A stretch of DNA of 64,000 nt, from the NCBI GenBank assembly GCA_964016885.1, contig OZ024748.1:25420001-25484000 (forward strand). Direction: 5' to 3'. Source of the stretch: Eledone cirrhosa (taxonomy: Eukaryota). The notes beneath the pieces are model-generated. The model worked only from the letters and a program-made list of their open reading frames with translations. It did not search any database and was not told the DNA's origin. Within the stretch, counting starts at the first letter, position 1. Each line of letters starts with the position of its first letter. Shown one piece after another: positions 1 to 15,300 of the stretch. The translations under genes were made by a program, and so were the position numbers.

Positions 1-38
1 TACACACATATATACATATATATATAGAGAGAGAGAGA

Positions 39-304
39 GAAATAAAAGGAAAGCACAGACAAGAGACAGATCCCCCTCTTCTGTTGTCTGCTGGAGATCT
101 CGGACATTTCAATGCGTTTTTTCTCTTTTTTCCCCTTCTGTTTGATTTATTTTTTCTCTCTCCTCTTTTCCTTCCTCAATAACTTACAAAAGTTATTGAC
201 GCACTAGAAATAGACATATTGTCGTTAATGCATTGACATGTCCGAGACCTCCACCAGACAACTGAAGAGGGGACCTGTCCCTTGTTCGTGCTCTCCTTTT
301 ATTT
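39..304. repeat. Imperfect inverted repeat (~75-bp arms, ~39-115 / ~229-304), possibly a decayed Penelope-type terminus
   Basis: aaataaaaggaaagcac...cggacatttcaatgc is approximately the reverse complement of gcattgacatgtccga...gtgctctccttttattt. The right arm contains CTGAAGA. Confidence 0.7.
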
Positions 305-355
305 CTAAATATACTTTATCAACTAACCACACAGCCCCGTGTTCCTTTTAAATTC

Positions 356-420
<65 letters not shown>

Positions 421-581
421 TGATGATATTTGTTTTTGAAATGCGCATAATAAAATACATGGAACTCTTTTAACCATCTTTTGATCTTATATATTATGTA
501 TACTCCAGTCCTACAAACTGTAGAGTGCTTCTTATCCGATATCTGCATTGCTTTATTGTACTACAATAAAACTCACCTCCT

Positions 582-640
<59 letters not shown>

Positions 641-995
641 AATAAATAAAATATCGGAGAAAGCTTTTTAGCGATACTCCGGCCAAATTCCAACTCACTC
701 AACAAACATTAGGAAATAAGTGATTATATTCCCAATTATACGTTCGGGGTGCTAACTAAAAGTATTGCGTGGAAAATTGGCTGTATTATTTCATATGAGA
801 CATATCTATTATATCTCTTCCCAGACGGACGTCTCGTTTCATTATAGGATTCCTACAATTTGGGTGAAATTATACCAATTTATGTAGGAGCTTGTATACC
901 ATCAATAGATATATATATATAATATAAGATCAAAAGATAGTTAAAAGAGTGCCAAGAATTTTATTATGCGCATTTCAAAAACAAATATCCTCATG
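421..995. repeat. Imperfect inverted repeat (~75-bp arms, ~421-495 / ~918-993) between (TA)n tracts
   Basis: gatatttgtttttgaaatgcgcataataaaat...ttttgatcttatattat versus ataatataagatcaaaa...ttttattatgcgcatttcaaaaacaaatatc. Confidence 0.75.
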
Positions 996-1122
996 AGATG
1001 ATATCTGCGTTCTCATCAGATAAAATAGGGAGACATGATATGAAGCTTAAAAAACATTTGTGAGAAGTGAAGTTTTAAATCAACATTTGCATTGCTTTAT
1101 TGTGCTACAATAAAACACCTAC

Positions 1123-1196
<74 letters not shown>

Positions 1197-1419
1197 CATA
1201 TATATGTATTTGCTTCATTATCATCTGCTGTTACTACCACAACTACCACCACCACCACTAACAATTTAACATCTTTCAGTTGTCAGACAGATGTTTCCTA
1301 GGTTGTTGATTTATAACACAATACTTAACATCACCTTTTACCGGACGGTCGGTGGGGACGTCTTTCTCGGCCGTCTTATTTCTATTACTGCTATAACATA
1401 TGATAAACAAACAGGAATG

Positions 1420-3372
1420 TCATACATACTCACATATTCACATACACACATATAAATAGACACACATACATACACACACACAGACACACACACACACATA
1501 CACACACACACAAATACACATACACACAGGACTGTGATGCATACACACACATACACATACACACACACACAAATACACATACACACAGGACTGTCATGCA
1601 TACACACACATACACATACACACACACACAGAACAAAACACACAAACGCAAATACAGACTCTCACACAATCACACCACCACTACCACCACGAACCACCAC
1701 CACCACCACTACTACCACCACCACCACCACCACCACCACCACCAACAACAACATCAACAACCCCCCGCCCCCTACCAATCACCACTATCCACTACCACCA
1801 ATACCACCACCACCACCACCAATACCACCACCACCACCACCACCACCACCACCACCATCAATCACCACCAATACCACCAACCACCAATACCACCACCACC
1901 AATATCACCAACCACCACCACCAATCACCCCCCCCACCCCCCAATCACCACCAACCATCACCACCAATACCACCACCAACCATCACCACCAATACCACCA
2001 CACCACCATCACCAATACCACCACCACCACCAGTCATCCCCTCCCCACCACCAATTACCGCCACCACCACCAATACCACCACCACCACCACGAATACCAC
2101 CACCACCAGCTCCAATCACCCCCAACAATCACCACCACCACCACCAATACCACCACCACCAATACCACCACCACCACGAGCAATCACCACCAATACCACC
2201 AATCACCACAACCAGTACCACCACCACCACCACCAATATCACCAACCACCATCATCAATAACCCCCCCAATCACCACCAACCATCACCACCAATACCACC
2301 ACCACCACCACCACCAATACCACCACCACCACCACCACCATCACCAATCACCCCCTACCCACCACCAATTACCGCCACCACCACCAATACCACCACCACC
2401 AGCTCCAATCACCCACACCAATCACCACCACCACCACCACCACCAATAACACCACCACCACCTCTAATCACCCCCAACAATCACTACCACCAATCACCAC
2501 CACCACCAATACCACCACCACCAATTCCACCACCACCACCACCACCACCACTAATCACCACCAATGTCAGAAACCACCACCATCAATCACCACCACCAAT
2601 ACACGAACCGCCACCATCAATCACCACCAGAATCACCACCAATACCACCACCTCCACCACCACCACCACCACCACCACCAATAACACCACCACCACCAAT
2701 CACCACCACCACCACCAATCACAATCACCAATCACCACCACCACCACTAACCACCACCACCAATAACACCACCACCACCAATCACCACCACCACGACCAA
2801 CCACCATCACCAACCACCACCACCAATACCACCACCACCACCAATAACCAACATCACCACCACCACCACCAATAACACCACCACCACCAACCACCACCAC
2901 CAATCACCACCACCACCACCACCAACCACCACCACCAATACCACCACCACCACCAATAACCAACATCACCACCACCACCAACAACCACCACCACCAATCA
3001 CCACCACCATCCACCACCACCAATACCACCACCACCACCACCACCACCACCAACCACCACCACCAATACCACCACCACCACCAACCACCACCAACCACCA
3101 CCAACCACCACCACCAATACCACCACCACCACCAACTACCACACCAACCACCACCACCACCACCAACCACCACCACCATCAATCACCACTACCACCACCA
3201 CCACCACCACCAATCACCACCACCAATACCACCACCACCACCACCAATAACCACCATCACCATCACCACCACCACCAGTACCCCCCGGCCCTATCACCAC
3301 CACCACCAATCACCACCACCACCACCACCACCACCAATACCACCACCACAACCACCACCACTACCACCACAA
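1420..3372. repeat. (CA)n-like then degenerate (CCA/ACC)n low-complexity tract
   Basis: Visible directly. It generates poly-P/T/H ORFs in several frames. Confidence 0.95.
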
Positions 3373-3650
3373 ACCAGAGGAAATAGTATATATTTTATCT
3401 TGTGATTCTATAGACATGTTTTATGATATATATGTATATATGTATATATATGTATATATGTATATATATGTATATATATATAAAAGACGTAAAATAAGAA
3501 AATATTTTTCAAAAAATTTTAAAAAAATTTTTTACTTACTTACTTAAATTTTCACTCCAACTAATTAGTTTCTGCAATGGGATAAAGACAGTTACATAAT
3601 CCAACTGTCGAGAATTCATTGCGTCAGCCTGGAGGCTCAGCTGAGAATAG

Positions 3651-3732
3651 ACTCCCTGATGACGCAATGAATTCTCGACAGTTGGATTATGTAACTGTCT
3701 TTATCCCATTGCAGAAACTAATTAGTTGGAGT
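3651..3732 (+). ncRNA. Type I hammerhead ribozyme, copy 1
   Basis: actcc-CTGATGA-[gcaatg..gacagtt/aactgtc..cattgc]-GAAAC-taatta-GTT-ggagt. Stem I actcc/ggagt; palindromic stem III (AACTAATTAGTT). Confidence 0.85.
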
Positions 3733-4204
3733 GAAAATTTAAGTAAGTAAGTAAAAAATTTTTTTTAAATTTTTTGAAAAATATTTTCTTATTTTACGTC
3801 TTTTATATTATTGTTCTGCACCCTCCTGCATTGAACCACCTAGGTACTATGACATAACCTGTGTATTTGCTGGCATGGACGTGCATCTGTGCGCCTATGT
3901 TAGTTGATATATTAAATTATCTATATTTATCTCCAAATCACTGATTTGTCGAGCAAACCTGCCAAAACCACTTCAAAATTTTTTTTGGGGGTGTTAGTAG
4001 GCGTCAGTCATCTTACCATCCCATTCCTTCTAACTAGCCTCTATGTCACGTGATTGATTCTTTAGAATCGGCCATTTGACTGGAAGCAGTGAGAATTTCA
4101 GTACATAGAATCCAGTCCTCGCCTAGCTGTTCTTTCTACCGAATTATTATTTTTATATGAGCCGCCAGTGTCCGCGCATTGCCTGGAGGCTCAGCTGAGA
4201 ATAG

Positions 4205-4286
4205 ACTCCCTGATGACGCAATGAATTCTCGACAGTTGGATTATGTAACTGTCTTTATCCCATTGCAGAAACTAATTAGTTGGAGT
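4205..4286 (+). ncRNA. Type I hammerhead ribozyme, copy 2
   Basis: Same sequence as 3651-3732, 554 nt downstream. Confidence 0.85.
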
Positions 4287-4559
4287 GAAAATTTAAGTAA
4301 GTAAGTAAAAAATTTTTTTAAAATTTTTTGAAAAATATTTTCTTATTTTACGTCTTTTATATTATTGTTCTGCACCCTCCTGCATTGAACCACCTAGGTA
4401 CTATGACATAACCTGTGTATTTGCTGGCATGGACGTGCATCTGTGCGCCTATGTTAGTTGATATATTAAATTATCTATATGTATATATATGTATATATAT
4501 GTATATATATGTATATATATGTATATATATATATATGTATATATATGTATATATGTATC

Positions 4560-5257
4560 AAGAAGAGAATTATCTGAAGTCCCAGATGAAGCCTCAGTAC
4601 TTGCTAGGAAAATCTGATATTTCAGAAGTGCGATTCATTCTCCGCTAGGTGCAGGTCACCCCGAAAGAGGATGTCCTCATCCTCGGGTCACCGATCCTCC
4701 TGTCGGCCATCCGCTCCACCATCAGGTCCAAGCTCCAGCAGGTCACGACTTTCACGGGAAGACTGGGCATGATTGACGCCCATCCAGCTCTCTTCCTGTT
4801 GAGGAACTGCTTCGCCATGTCGAAGCTCCTCACACTTCGTAGCGCTCCTTGCTACAGCCACGCATCTATCCTCACTGAGCTCAATAGGCAGCTGAGAAAA
4901 TATTCAACGACAGGTTTGACGACTTTGGATAGCAACAGGCCACCTTACCTGTTAGAAATGGTGCCCTTGGTTCCCGGTCTCACTGGCTTTTCAAGCGCTC
5001 TTTCATCGGTAATCTCTTGTATTCTCATCAACAGGGTTCTCCACAACATAACGGAACCCACTATTATCGAGGAAGACGAGGTCATCTGCGAGACTTGGAA
5101 CCGACTCGGACTCTGCCCAGTAGATGTCCCTCTTTTTCTTCCCCCTGTAGACATCAAATCCCCCCAGATCATATGGGATACCATCCTGTGCGACACGGCC
5201 TCGGACGAGCTGGCACGCCACTTCGACCAACACCGCCTCGCATATTTTCGCCTGGCG
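4560..5257 (+). mobile_element. Decayed CRE-clade-like non-LTR retrotransposon fragment (post-RT region)
   Basis: Translation ILGSPI...DAHPALFLLRNCFAMSKLLTLRSAPC resembles the thumb region of CRE-like RLE LINEs (recalled motif). The segment is GC-richer than its flanks. Confidence 0.55.
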
Positions 5258-6394
5258 TTAGGGTTAGGGTTATATTTATATAAAACTAGTAACATATATA
5301 TAAATTTGTGTGTACATATATATATATGGTTGTAAAGGGTTGGTTAGATTTAATATTGGTGAAGACACCAACTAATATTATAGCGAGTTTCCCGGGTTCA
5401 ACACATTGTAATGGAGTTGATTACACTGAGATTCCAAGATAGGTTATATACAATTGAAGAGATCTTAGTTGATGTATGAGTAGTATTGTAGTGTATAGTA
5501 TAGAAAATGCAGTGTACTGTCTAGAAGTTATCACCACTGCAGTGTACTGTCTAGAAACCAAGAAGAAACCCCTTCTATCTGACTTACTACTGTCTGTAGT
5601 TTCAAGAACCTTCAACCAGAGGAGTATACAAGCCACGTAGCGTTGATATGGATCTATCTGAATTCATGAGATTTCATAAACATACTCTGTTACGTGTGTA
5701 GCATGCGAGACTTCAAAGTTGGAGGCAGCTTGTCCGAATGTTTAATAAGTTCGCTTCACAATCATTAGGTCCCGGGTTTTATCTCACTGTGTGGTATCTT
5801 GAGCAAGTGTCATTTATTTTTAAGGAAAAGGGTGTTACGATGACATATTCTTCAATGCTAGAAAGTATATGCTAAGTCATAGACATTTTTATCCCATGCA
5901 GTCATCAGTATAAAATACAAAATGGTGATAAAGCTTCGCTCGATGAAAAAAGCTGAACGTTTAGAAAGAAATAGTATCTTTCCTGTTAACAAGTTGGTGC
6001 AGCAGAACATTCAGTTTCGCCAGCCATGGCGTTGATGAATGATTAGAAAAGTGAATCGGGCAGAGAAGGCGAAAAGAAAACGTAATACCTTAGATTGTCA
6101 TTTGAGAATTGTAATCTACTTCTGAAAAAGTAGATTGAAATTCTGGGTGTAACTACAGAAAACACGCTGATATAGACATAGCAACAACATGCCATACATA
6201 ACAGAGCTAGACAGGGGACTAGAAAACTACACAAAATCACCAACAAGCGAATTACAGAAAGAACCACAATCTACAAAGTGGAAATCCCAAACATCTTGGA
6301 GCCTGCTTGTTTTTCCTGAATTCCTGAGGGTCGTAAATGGATATATCACATTACCTAGTCTGAATTGACGTTAGCTGAGGAGAAGAAACTCCCA

Positions 6395-9300
6395 AATATT
6401 CCCGCCAATAACAGCCAACATCACAGCACCCATGTAGCTTCGACAACATTACAATATTCCCGCCAATAACAGCCAACATCACAGCACCCATGTAGCTTCA
6501 ACAACATTACCATATTCCCGCCACTAACAGCCAACATCACAGCACCCATGTAGCTTCAACAACATTACAATATTCCCGCCAATAACAGCCAACATTGCAG
6601 CACCCATGTAGCTTCGACAACATTACAATATTCCCGCCAATAACAGCCAACATTGCAGCACCCATGTAGGTTCGACAACATTACAATATTCCCGCCAATA
6701 ACAGCCAACATTGCAGCACCCATGTAGCTTCAACAACATTGCAATATTCCTGCCAATAACAGCCAACATTGCAGCACCCATGTAGCTTCAACAACATTAC
6801 AATATTCCCGCCAATAACAGCCAACATTGCAGCACCCATGTAGCTTCAACAACATTACAATATTCCCGCCAATAACAGCCAACATCACAGCACCCATGTA
6901 GCTTCAACAACATTACAATATTCCCGTCAATAACAGCCAACATTGCAGCACCCATGTAGCTTCAACAACATTACAATATTCCCGCCAATAACAGCCAACA
7001 TCACAGCACCCATGTAGCTTCAACAACATTACAATATTCCCGCCAATAACAGCCAACATCACAGCACCCATGTAGCTTCAACAACATTACAATATTCCCG
7101 CCAATAACAGCCAACATTGCAGCACCCATGTAGCTTCAACAACATTACAATATTCCCGCCAATAACAGCCAAAATCACAGCACCCATGTAGCTTCAACAA
7201 CATTACAATATTCCCGCCAATAACAGCCAACATCGCAGCACCCATGTAGCTTCGACAACATTACAATATTCCCGCCAATAACAGCCAACATCGCAGCACC
7301 CATGTAGCTTCAACAACATTACAATATTCCCGCCAATAACAGCCAACATTGCAGCACCCATGTAGCTTCAACAACATTACAATATTCCCGCCAATAACAG
7401 CCAACATCAAAGCACCCATGTAGCTTCAACAACATTACAATATTCCCGCCAATAACAGCCAACATCACAGCACCCGTGTAGCTTCAACAACATTACAATA
7501 TTCCCGCCAATAACAGCCAACATCGCAGCATCCATGTAGCTTCGACAACATTACAATATTCCCGCCAATAACAGCCAACATCACAGCACCCAGGTAGCTT
7601 CAATAACATTACAATATTCCGGCCAATAACAGCCAACATCACAGCATCCATGTACCTTCAACAACATTACAATATTCCCGCCAATAACAGCCAAAATTGC
7701 AGCACCCATGTAGCTTCAACAACATTACAATATTCCCGCCAATAACAGCCAACATCACAGCACCAATGTAGCTTCAACAACATTGCAATATTCCCGCCAA
7801 TAACAGCCAGCATCACATCACCCATGTAGCTTCAACAACATTACAATATTCCCGCCAATAACAGCCAACATTGCAGCACCCATGTAGCTTCAACAACATT
7901 ACAATATTCCCGCCAATAACAGACAACATCACAGCACCCATGTAGCTTCAACAACATTACAATATTCCCGCCAATAACAGCCAACATCGCAGCAACCATG
8001 TAGCTTCGACAACATTACAATATTCTCGCCAATAACAGCCAACATTGCAGCACCCATGTAGCTTCAACAACATTACAATATTCCCGCCAATAACAGCCAA
8101 CATAACAGCACCCATGTAGCTTCAACAACATTACAATATTCCCACCTATAACAGCCAACATCACAGCACCCATGTAGCTTCGACAACATTACAATATTCC
8201 CGCCAATAACAGCCAAAATTGCAGCACCCATGTAGCTTCAACAACATTACGATATTCCCGCCAATAACAGCCAACATCACAGCACCCATGTAGCTTCAAC
8301 AACATTGCAATATTCCCGGCAATAACAGCCAACATCACAGCACCCGTGTAGCTTCAACAACATTACAATATTCCCGCCAATAACAGCCAACATTGCAGCA
8401 CCCATCTAGCTTCAACAACATTACAATATTCCCGCCAATAACAGCCAACATCATAGCACCCATGTAGCTTCAACAACATTACAATATTCCCGTCAATAAC
8501 AGCCAACATTGCAGCACCCATGTAGCTTCAACAACATTACAATATTCCCGCCAATAACAGCCAACATCACAGCACCCATGTAGCTTCAACAACATTACAA
8601 TATTCCCGCCAATTACAGCCAACATCACAGCACCCATGTAGCTTCAACAACATTACAATATTCCCGCCAATAACAGCCAACATTGCAGCACCCATGTAGC
8701 TTCAACAACATTACAATATTCCCGCCAATAACAGCATACATCACAGCACCCATGTAGCTTCAACAACATTACAATATTCCCGCCAATAACAGCCAACATC
8801 GCAGCATCCATGTAGCTTCGACAACATTACAATATTCCCGCCAATAACAGCCAACATCGCAGCACCAATGTAGTTTCAACAACATTACAATATTCCCGCC
8901 AATAACAGCCAACATCGCAGCACCCATGTAGTTTCAACAACATTACAATATTCCCGCCAATAACAGCCAACATCACAGCACCCAGGTAGCTTCAACAACA
9001 TTACAATATTCCCGCCAATAACAGCCAACATCACAGCACCCATGTAGCTTCAACAACATTACAATATTCCCGCCAATAACAGCCAACATAGCAGCACCCA
9101 TGTAGCTTCAACAACATTACAATATTCCCGCCAATAACAGCCAACATCACAGCACCCATGTAGCTTCGACAACATTACAATATTCCCACCAATAACAGCC
9201 AACATCGCAGCACCCATGTAGCTTCAACAACATTACAATATTCCCGCCAATAACAGCCAACATCACAGCACCCATGTAGCTTCGACAACATTACAATATT

Positions 9301-12300
9301 CCCACCAATAACAGCCAACATCACATCACCCATGTAGCTTCGACAACATTACAATATTCCCACCAATAACAGCCAACATCACAGCACCCATGTAGCTTCA
9401 ACAACATTACAATATTCCCGCCAATAACAGCCAACATCACAGCACCAATGTAGCTTCAACAACATTACAATATTCCCGCCAATAACAACCAACATCGCAG
9501 CACCCATGTAGCTTCGACAACATTACAATATTCCCGCCAATAACAGCCAACATTGCAGCACCCATGTAGCTTCAACAACATTACAATATTCCCGCCAATA
9601 ACAGCCAACATCACAGCACCCATGTAGCTTCAACAACATTACAATATTCCCGTCAATAACAGCCAACATTGCAGCACCCATGTAGCTTCAACAACATTAC
9701 AATATTCCCGCCAATAACAGCCAACATCACAGCACCCATGTAGCTTCAACAACATTACAATATTCCCGCCAATAACAGCCAACATCGCAGCATCCATGTA
9801 GCTTCGACAACATTACAATATTCCCGCCAATAACAGCCAACATCGCAGCACCAATGTAGTTTCAACAACATTACAATATTCCCGCCAATAACAGCCAACA
9901 TCGCAGCACCCATGTAGTTTCAACAACATTACAATATTCCCGCCAATAACAGCCAACATCACAGCACCCAGGTAGCTTCAACAACATTACAATATTCCCG
10001 CCAATAACAGCCAACATCACAGCACCCATGTAGCTTCAACAACATTACAATATTCCCGCCAATAACAGCCAACATAGCAGCACCCATGTAGCTTCAACAA
10101 CATTACAATATTCCCGCCAATAACAGCCAACATCACAGCACCCATGTAGCTTCGACAACATTACAATATTCCCACCAATAACAGCCAACATCGCAGCACC
10201 CATGTAGCTTCAACAACATTACAATATTCCCGCCAATAACAGCCAACATCACAGCACCCATGTAGCTTCGACAACATTACAATATTCCCACCAATAACAG
10301 CCAACATCACATCACCCATGTAGCTTCGACAACATTACAATATTCCCACCAATAACAGCCAACATCACAGCACCCATGTAGCTTCAACAACATTACAATA
10401 TTCCCGCCAATAACAGCCAACATCACAGCACCAATGTAGCTTCAACAACATTACAATATTCCCGCCAATAACAACCAACATCGCAGCACCCATCTAGCTT
10501 CGACAACATTACAATATTCCCGCCAATAACAGCCAACATTGCAGCACCCATGTAGCTTCAACAATATTACAATATTCCCGCCAATAACAGCCAACATCAC
10601 AGCACCCATGTAGCTTCAACAACATTACAATATTCCCGTCAATAACAGCCAACATTGCAGCACCCATGTAGCTTCAATAACATTACAATATTCCCGCCAA
10701 TAACAGCCAACATCACAGCACCCATGTAGCTTCAACAACATTACAATATTCCCGCCAATAACAGCCAACATCACAGCACCCATGTAGCTTCGACAACATT
10801 ACAATATTCCCACCAATAACAGCCAACATCGCAGCACCCATGTAGCTTCAACAACATTACAATATTCCCGCCAATAACAGCCAACATTGCAGCATTCATG
10901 TAGCTTCAACAACATTACAATATTCCCGCCAATAACAGCCAACATCACAGCACCAATGTAGCTTCAACAACATTACAATATTCCCACCTATAACAGCCAA
11001 CATCACAGCACCCATGTAGCTTCAACAACATTACAATATTCCCGCCAATAACAGCCAACATCACAGCATCCATGTACCTTCAACAACATTACAATATTCC
11101 CGCCAATAACAGCCAACATCACAGCACCCATGTAGCTTCAACAACATTACAATATTCCCGCCAATAACAGCCATCATCACAGCACCCGTGTAGCTTCAAC
11201 AACATTACAATATTCCCGCCAATAACAGCCAACATTGCAGCACCCATGTAGCTTCAACAACATTACAATATTCCCTCCAATAACAGCCAACATTGCAGCA
11301 CCCATGTAGCTTCAACAACATTACAATATTCCCGCCAATAACAGCCAACATCGAAGCACCCATGTAGCTTCGACAACATTACAATATTCCCGCCAATAAC
11401 AGCCAACATCACAGCACCCATGTAGCTTCAACAACATTACAATATTCCCGCCAATAACAGCCAACATCACAGCATCCATGTAGCTTCAACAACATTACAA
11501 TATTCCCACCAATAACAGCCAACATTGCAGCACCCATGTAGCTTCAACAACATTACAATATTCCCGCCAATAACAGCCAACATCACAGCACCCATGTAGC
11601 TTCAACAACATTACAATATTCCCGCCAATAACAGCCAACATCACAGCACCAATGTAGCTTCAACAACATTACAATATTCCCACCTATAACAGCCAACATC
11701 ACAACACCCATGTAGCTTCAACAACATTACAACATTCCCGCCAATAACAGCCAACATTGCAGCACCCATGTAGCTTCAACAACATTACAATATTCCCGCC
11801 AATAACAGCCAACATCACAGCACCCATGTAGCTTCAACAACATTACAATATTCCCACCTATAACAGCCAACATCACAGCACCCATGTAGCTTCGACAACA
11901 TTACAATATTCCCGCCAATAACAGCCAAAATTGCAGCCCCCATGTAGCTTCAACAACATTACAATATTCCCGCAAATAACAGCCAACATCACAGCACCCA
12001 TGTAGCTTCAACAACATTGCAATATTCCCGGCAATAACAGCCAACATCACAGCACCCATGTAGCTTCAACAACATTACAATATTCCCGCCAGTAACAGCC
12101 AACTTCACAGCACCCGTGTAGCTTCAACAGCATTACAATATTCCCGCCAATAACAGCCAACATTGCAGCACCCATGTAGCTTCAACAACATTACAATATT
12201 CCCGCCTCTAACATCCAACATCACAGGACCCATTTAGCATCAACAACATTACAATTTTCCCGCCAATAACAGCCAACATCAAAGCACCCATGTAGCTTCA

Positions 12301-15300
12301 ACAACATTACAATATTCCCGCCAATAACAGCCAACATTGCAGCACCCATGTAGCTTCAACAACATTACAATATTCCCGCCAATAACAGCCAACATCACAG
12401 CACCCATGTAGCTTCAACAACATTACAATATTCCCGCCAATAACAGCCAACATCACAGCACCCATGTAGCTTCAACAACATTACAATATTCCCGCCAATA
12501 ACAGCCAACATCACAGCACCCATGTAGCTTCAACAACATTACAATATTCCCACCAATAACAGCCAACATTGCAGCACCCATGTAGCTTCAACAACATTAA
12601 GATATTCCCGCCAATAACAGCCAACATCACAGCACCCATGTAGCTTCAACAACATTACAATATTCCCACCAATAACAGCCAACATTGCAGCACCCATGTA
12701 GCTTCAACAACATTAAGATATTCCCGCCAATAACAGCCAACATCACAGCACCCATGTAGCTTCAACAACATTACAATATTCCCGCCAATAACAGCCAACA
12801 TCACAGCACCCATGTAGCTTCAACAACATTACAATATTCCCGCCAATAACAGCCAAGATTGCAGCACCCATGTCGCTTCAACAACATTACAATATTCCCG
12901 CAAATAACAGCCAACATCACAGCACCCGTGTAGCTTCAACAACATTACAATATTCCCGCCAATAACAGCCAACATCGCAGCACCCATGTAGCTTCGACAA
13001 CATTACAATATTCCCGCCAATAACAGCCAACATCACAGCACCCATGTAGCTTCAACAACATTACAATATTCCCGCCAATAACAGCCAACATCACAGCACC
13101 CATGTAGCTTCAACAACATTACAATATTCCCACCAATAACAGCCAACATTGCAGCACCCATGTAGCTTCAACAACATTACGATATTCCCGCCAATAACAG
13201 CCAACATCACAGCACCCATGTAGCTTCAATAACATTACAATATTCCCACCAATAACAGCCAACATCACAGCACCCATGTACCTTCAACAAAATTACAATA
13301 TTCCCGCCAATAACAGCCAACATTGCAGCATCTATGTAGCTTCGACAGCATTACAATATTCCCGCCAAATAACAGCCAACATCGCAGCACCCATGTAGCT
13401 TCAACAACATTACAATATTCCCGCCAATAACAGCCAACATCACAGCATCCATGTAGCTTCAACAACATTACAATATTCCCGCCAATAACAGCCAACATCA
13501 CAGCACCCATGTAGCTTCAACAACATTACAATATTCCCGCCAATAACAGCCAACATCACAGCACCCATGTAGCTTCAACAACATTACAATATTCCCGCCA
13601 ATAACAGCCAACATTGCAGCACCCATGTAGCTTCAACAACATTACAATATTCCCGCCAATAACAGCCAACATCACAGCACCCATGTAGCTTCAACAACAG
13701 TACAATATTCCCACCTATAACAGCCAACATTGCAGCACCCATGTAGCTTCAACAACATTACAATATTCCCACCTATAACAGCCAACATCACAGCACCCAT
13801 GTAGCTTCAACACATTACAATATTCCCGCCAATAACAGCCAACATTGCAGCACCCATGTAGCTTCAACAACATTACAATATTCCCGCCAATAACAGCCAA
13901 CATCACAGCACCCATGTAGCTTCAACAACATTACAATATTCCCGCCAATAACAGCCAATATCACAGCACCCATGTACCTTCTAAAAAATTACAATATTCC
14001 CGCCAATAACAGCCAACATTGCAGCATCTATGTAGCTTCGACAGCATTACAATATTCCCGCCAAATAACAGCCAACATCGCAGCACGCATCTAGCTTCAA
14101 CAACATTACAATATTCCCGCCAATAACAGCCAACATCACAGCACGCATGTAGCTTCAACAACATTACAATATTCCCGCCAATAACAGCCAACATCACAGC
14201 ACCCATGTAGCTTCAACAACATTACAATATTCCCGCCAACAACAGCCAACATTGCAGCACCCATGTAGCTTCAACAACATTACAATATTCCCGCCAATAA
14301 CAGCCAACATTGCAGCATTCATGTAGCTTCAACAACATTACAATATTCCCGCCAATAACAGCCAACATCACAGCACCCATGTAGCTTCGACAACATTACA
14401 ATATTCCCGCCAATAACAGCCAACATCGCAGCACCCATGTAGCTTCAACAACATTACAATATACCCGCCAATAACAGCCAACATCACAGCACCCATGTAG
14501 CTTCAACAACATTACAATATTCCCGCCATTAACAGCCAACAACGCAGCACCCATGTAGCTTCAACAACATTACAATATTCCCACCTATAACAGCCAACAT
14601 CACAGCACCCATGTAGCTTCAACAACATTACAATATTCCCGCCAATAACAGCCAACATCACAGGACCCATGTAGCTTCAACAACATTACAATATTCCCGC
14701 CAATAACAGCCAACATCACAGCACCCATGTAGCTTCAACAACATTACAATATTCCCGCCAATAACAGCCAACATCACAGCAACCATGTAGCTTCGACAAC
14801 ATTACAATATTCCCACCAATAACAGCCAACATCGCAGCACCCATGTAGCTTCAACAACATTACAATATTCCCGCCAATAACAGCCAACATCACAGCACCC
14901 ATGTAGCTTCAACAACATTACAATATTCCCGCCATTAACAGCCAACAACACAGCACCCATGTAGCTTCAACAACATTACAATATTCCCACCTATAACAGC
15001 CAACATCACAACACCCATGTAGCTTCAACAACATTACAATATTCCCGCCAATAACAGCCAACATTGCAGCACCCATGTAGCTTCAACAACATTACAATAT
15101 TCCCGCCAATAACAGCCAACATCACAGGACCCATGTAGCTTCAACAACATTACAATTTTCCCGCCAATAACAGCCAACATCACAGCACCCATGTAGCTTC
15201 AACAACATTACAATATTCCCGCCAATAACAGCCAACATCACAGCACCCATGTAGCTTCAACAACATTACAATATTCCCGCCAATAACAGCCAACATCGCA

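Larger units (their letters stand above)
3478..4480 (+). mobile_element. Non-autonomous Penelope-like/retrozyme element: inverted 5' arm plus two 300-bp direct repeats, each with a hammerhead ribozyme
   Basis: Direct repeats at 3627-3926 and 4181-4480 (offset 554). 3478-3626 is the reverse complement of 3660-3808. (TATATATG)n flanks both sides. There is no coding ORF. Confidence 0.85.

Noticed and set aside
825-910. Possible minus-strand HHR (GAAAC-gagac-GTC with long stem II)
   Set aside because: The CUGANGA box has degenerated to TTGATGG and stem I is unsupported.
1534-3182. Extensin/mucin-like Pro/Thr/His ORFs
   Set aside because: They are by-products of (CCA)n low complexity, open in multiple frames on both strands.
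6090-6300. LINE-like remnant flanking the satellite (EILGVT..)
   Set aside because: Too decayed to assign from sequence alone.
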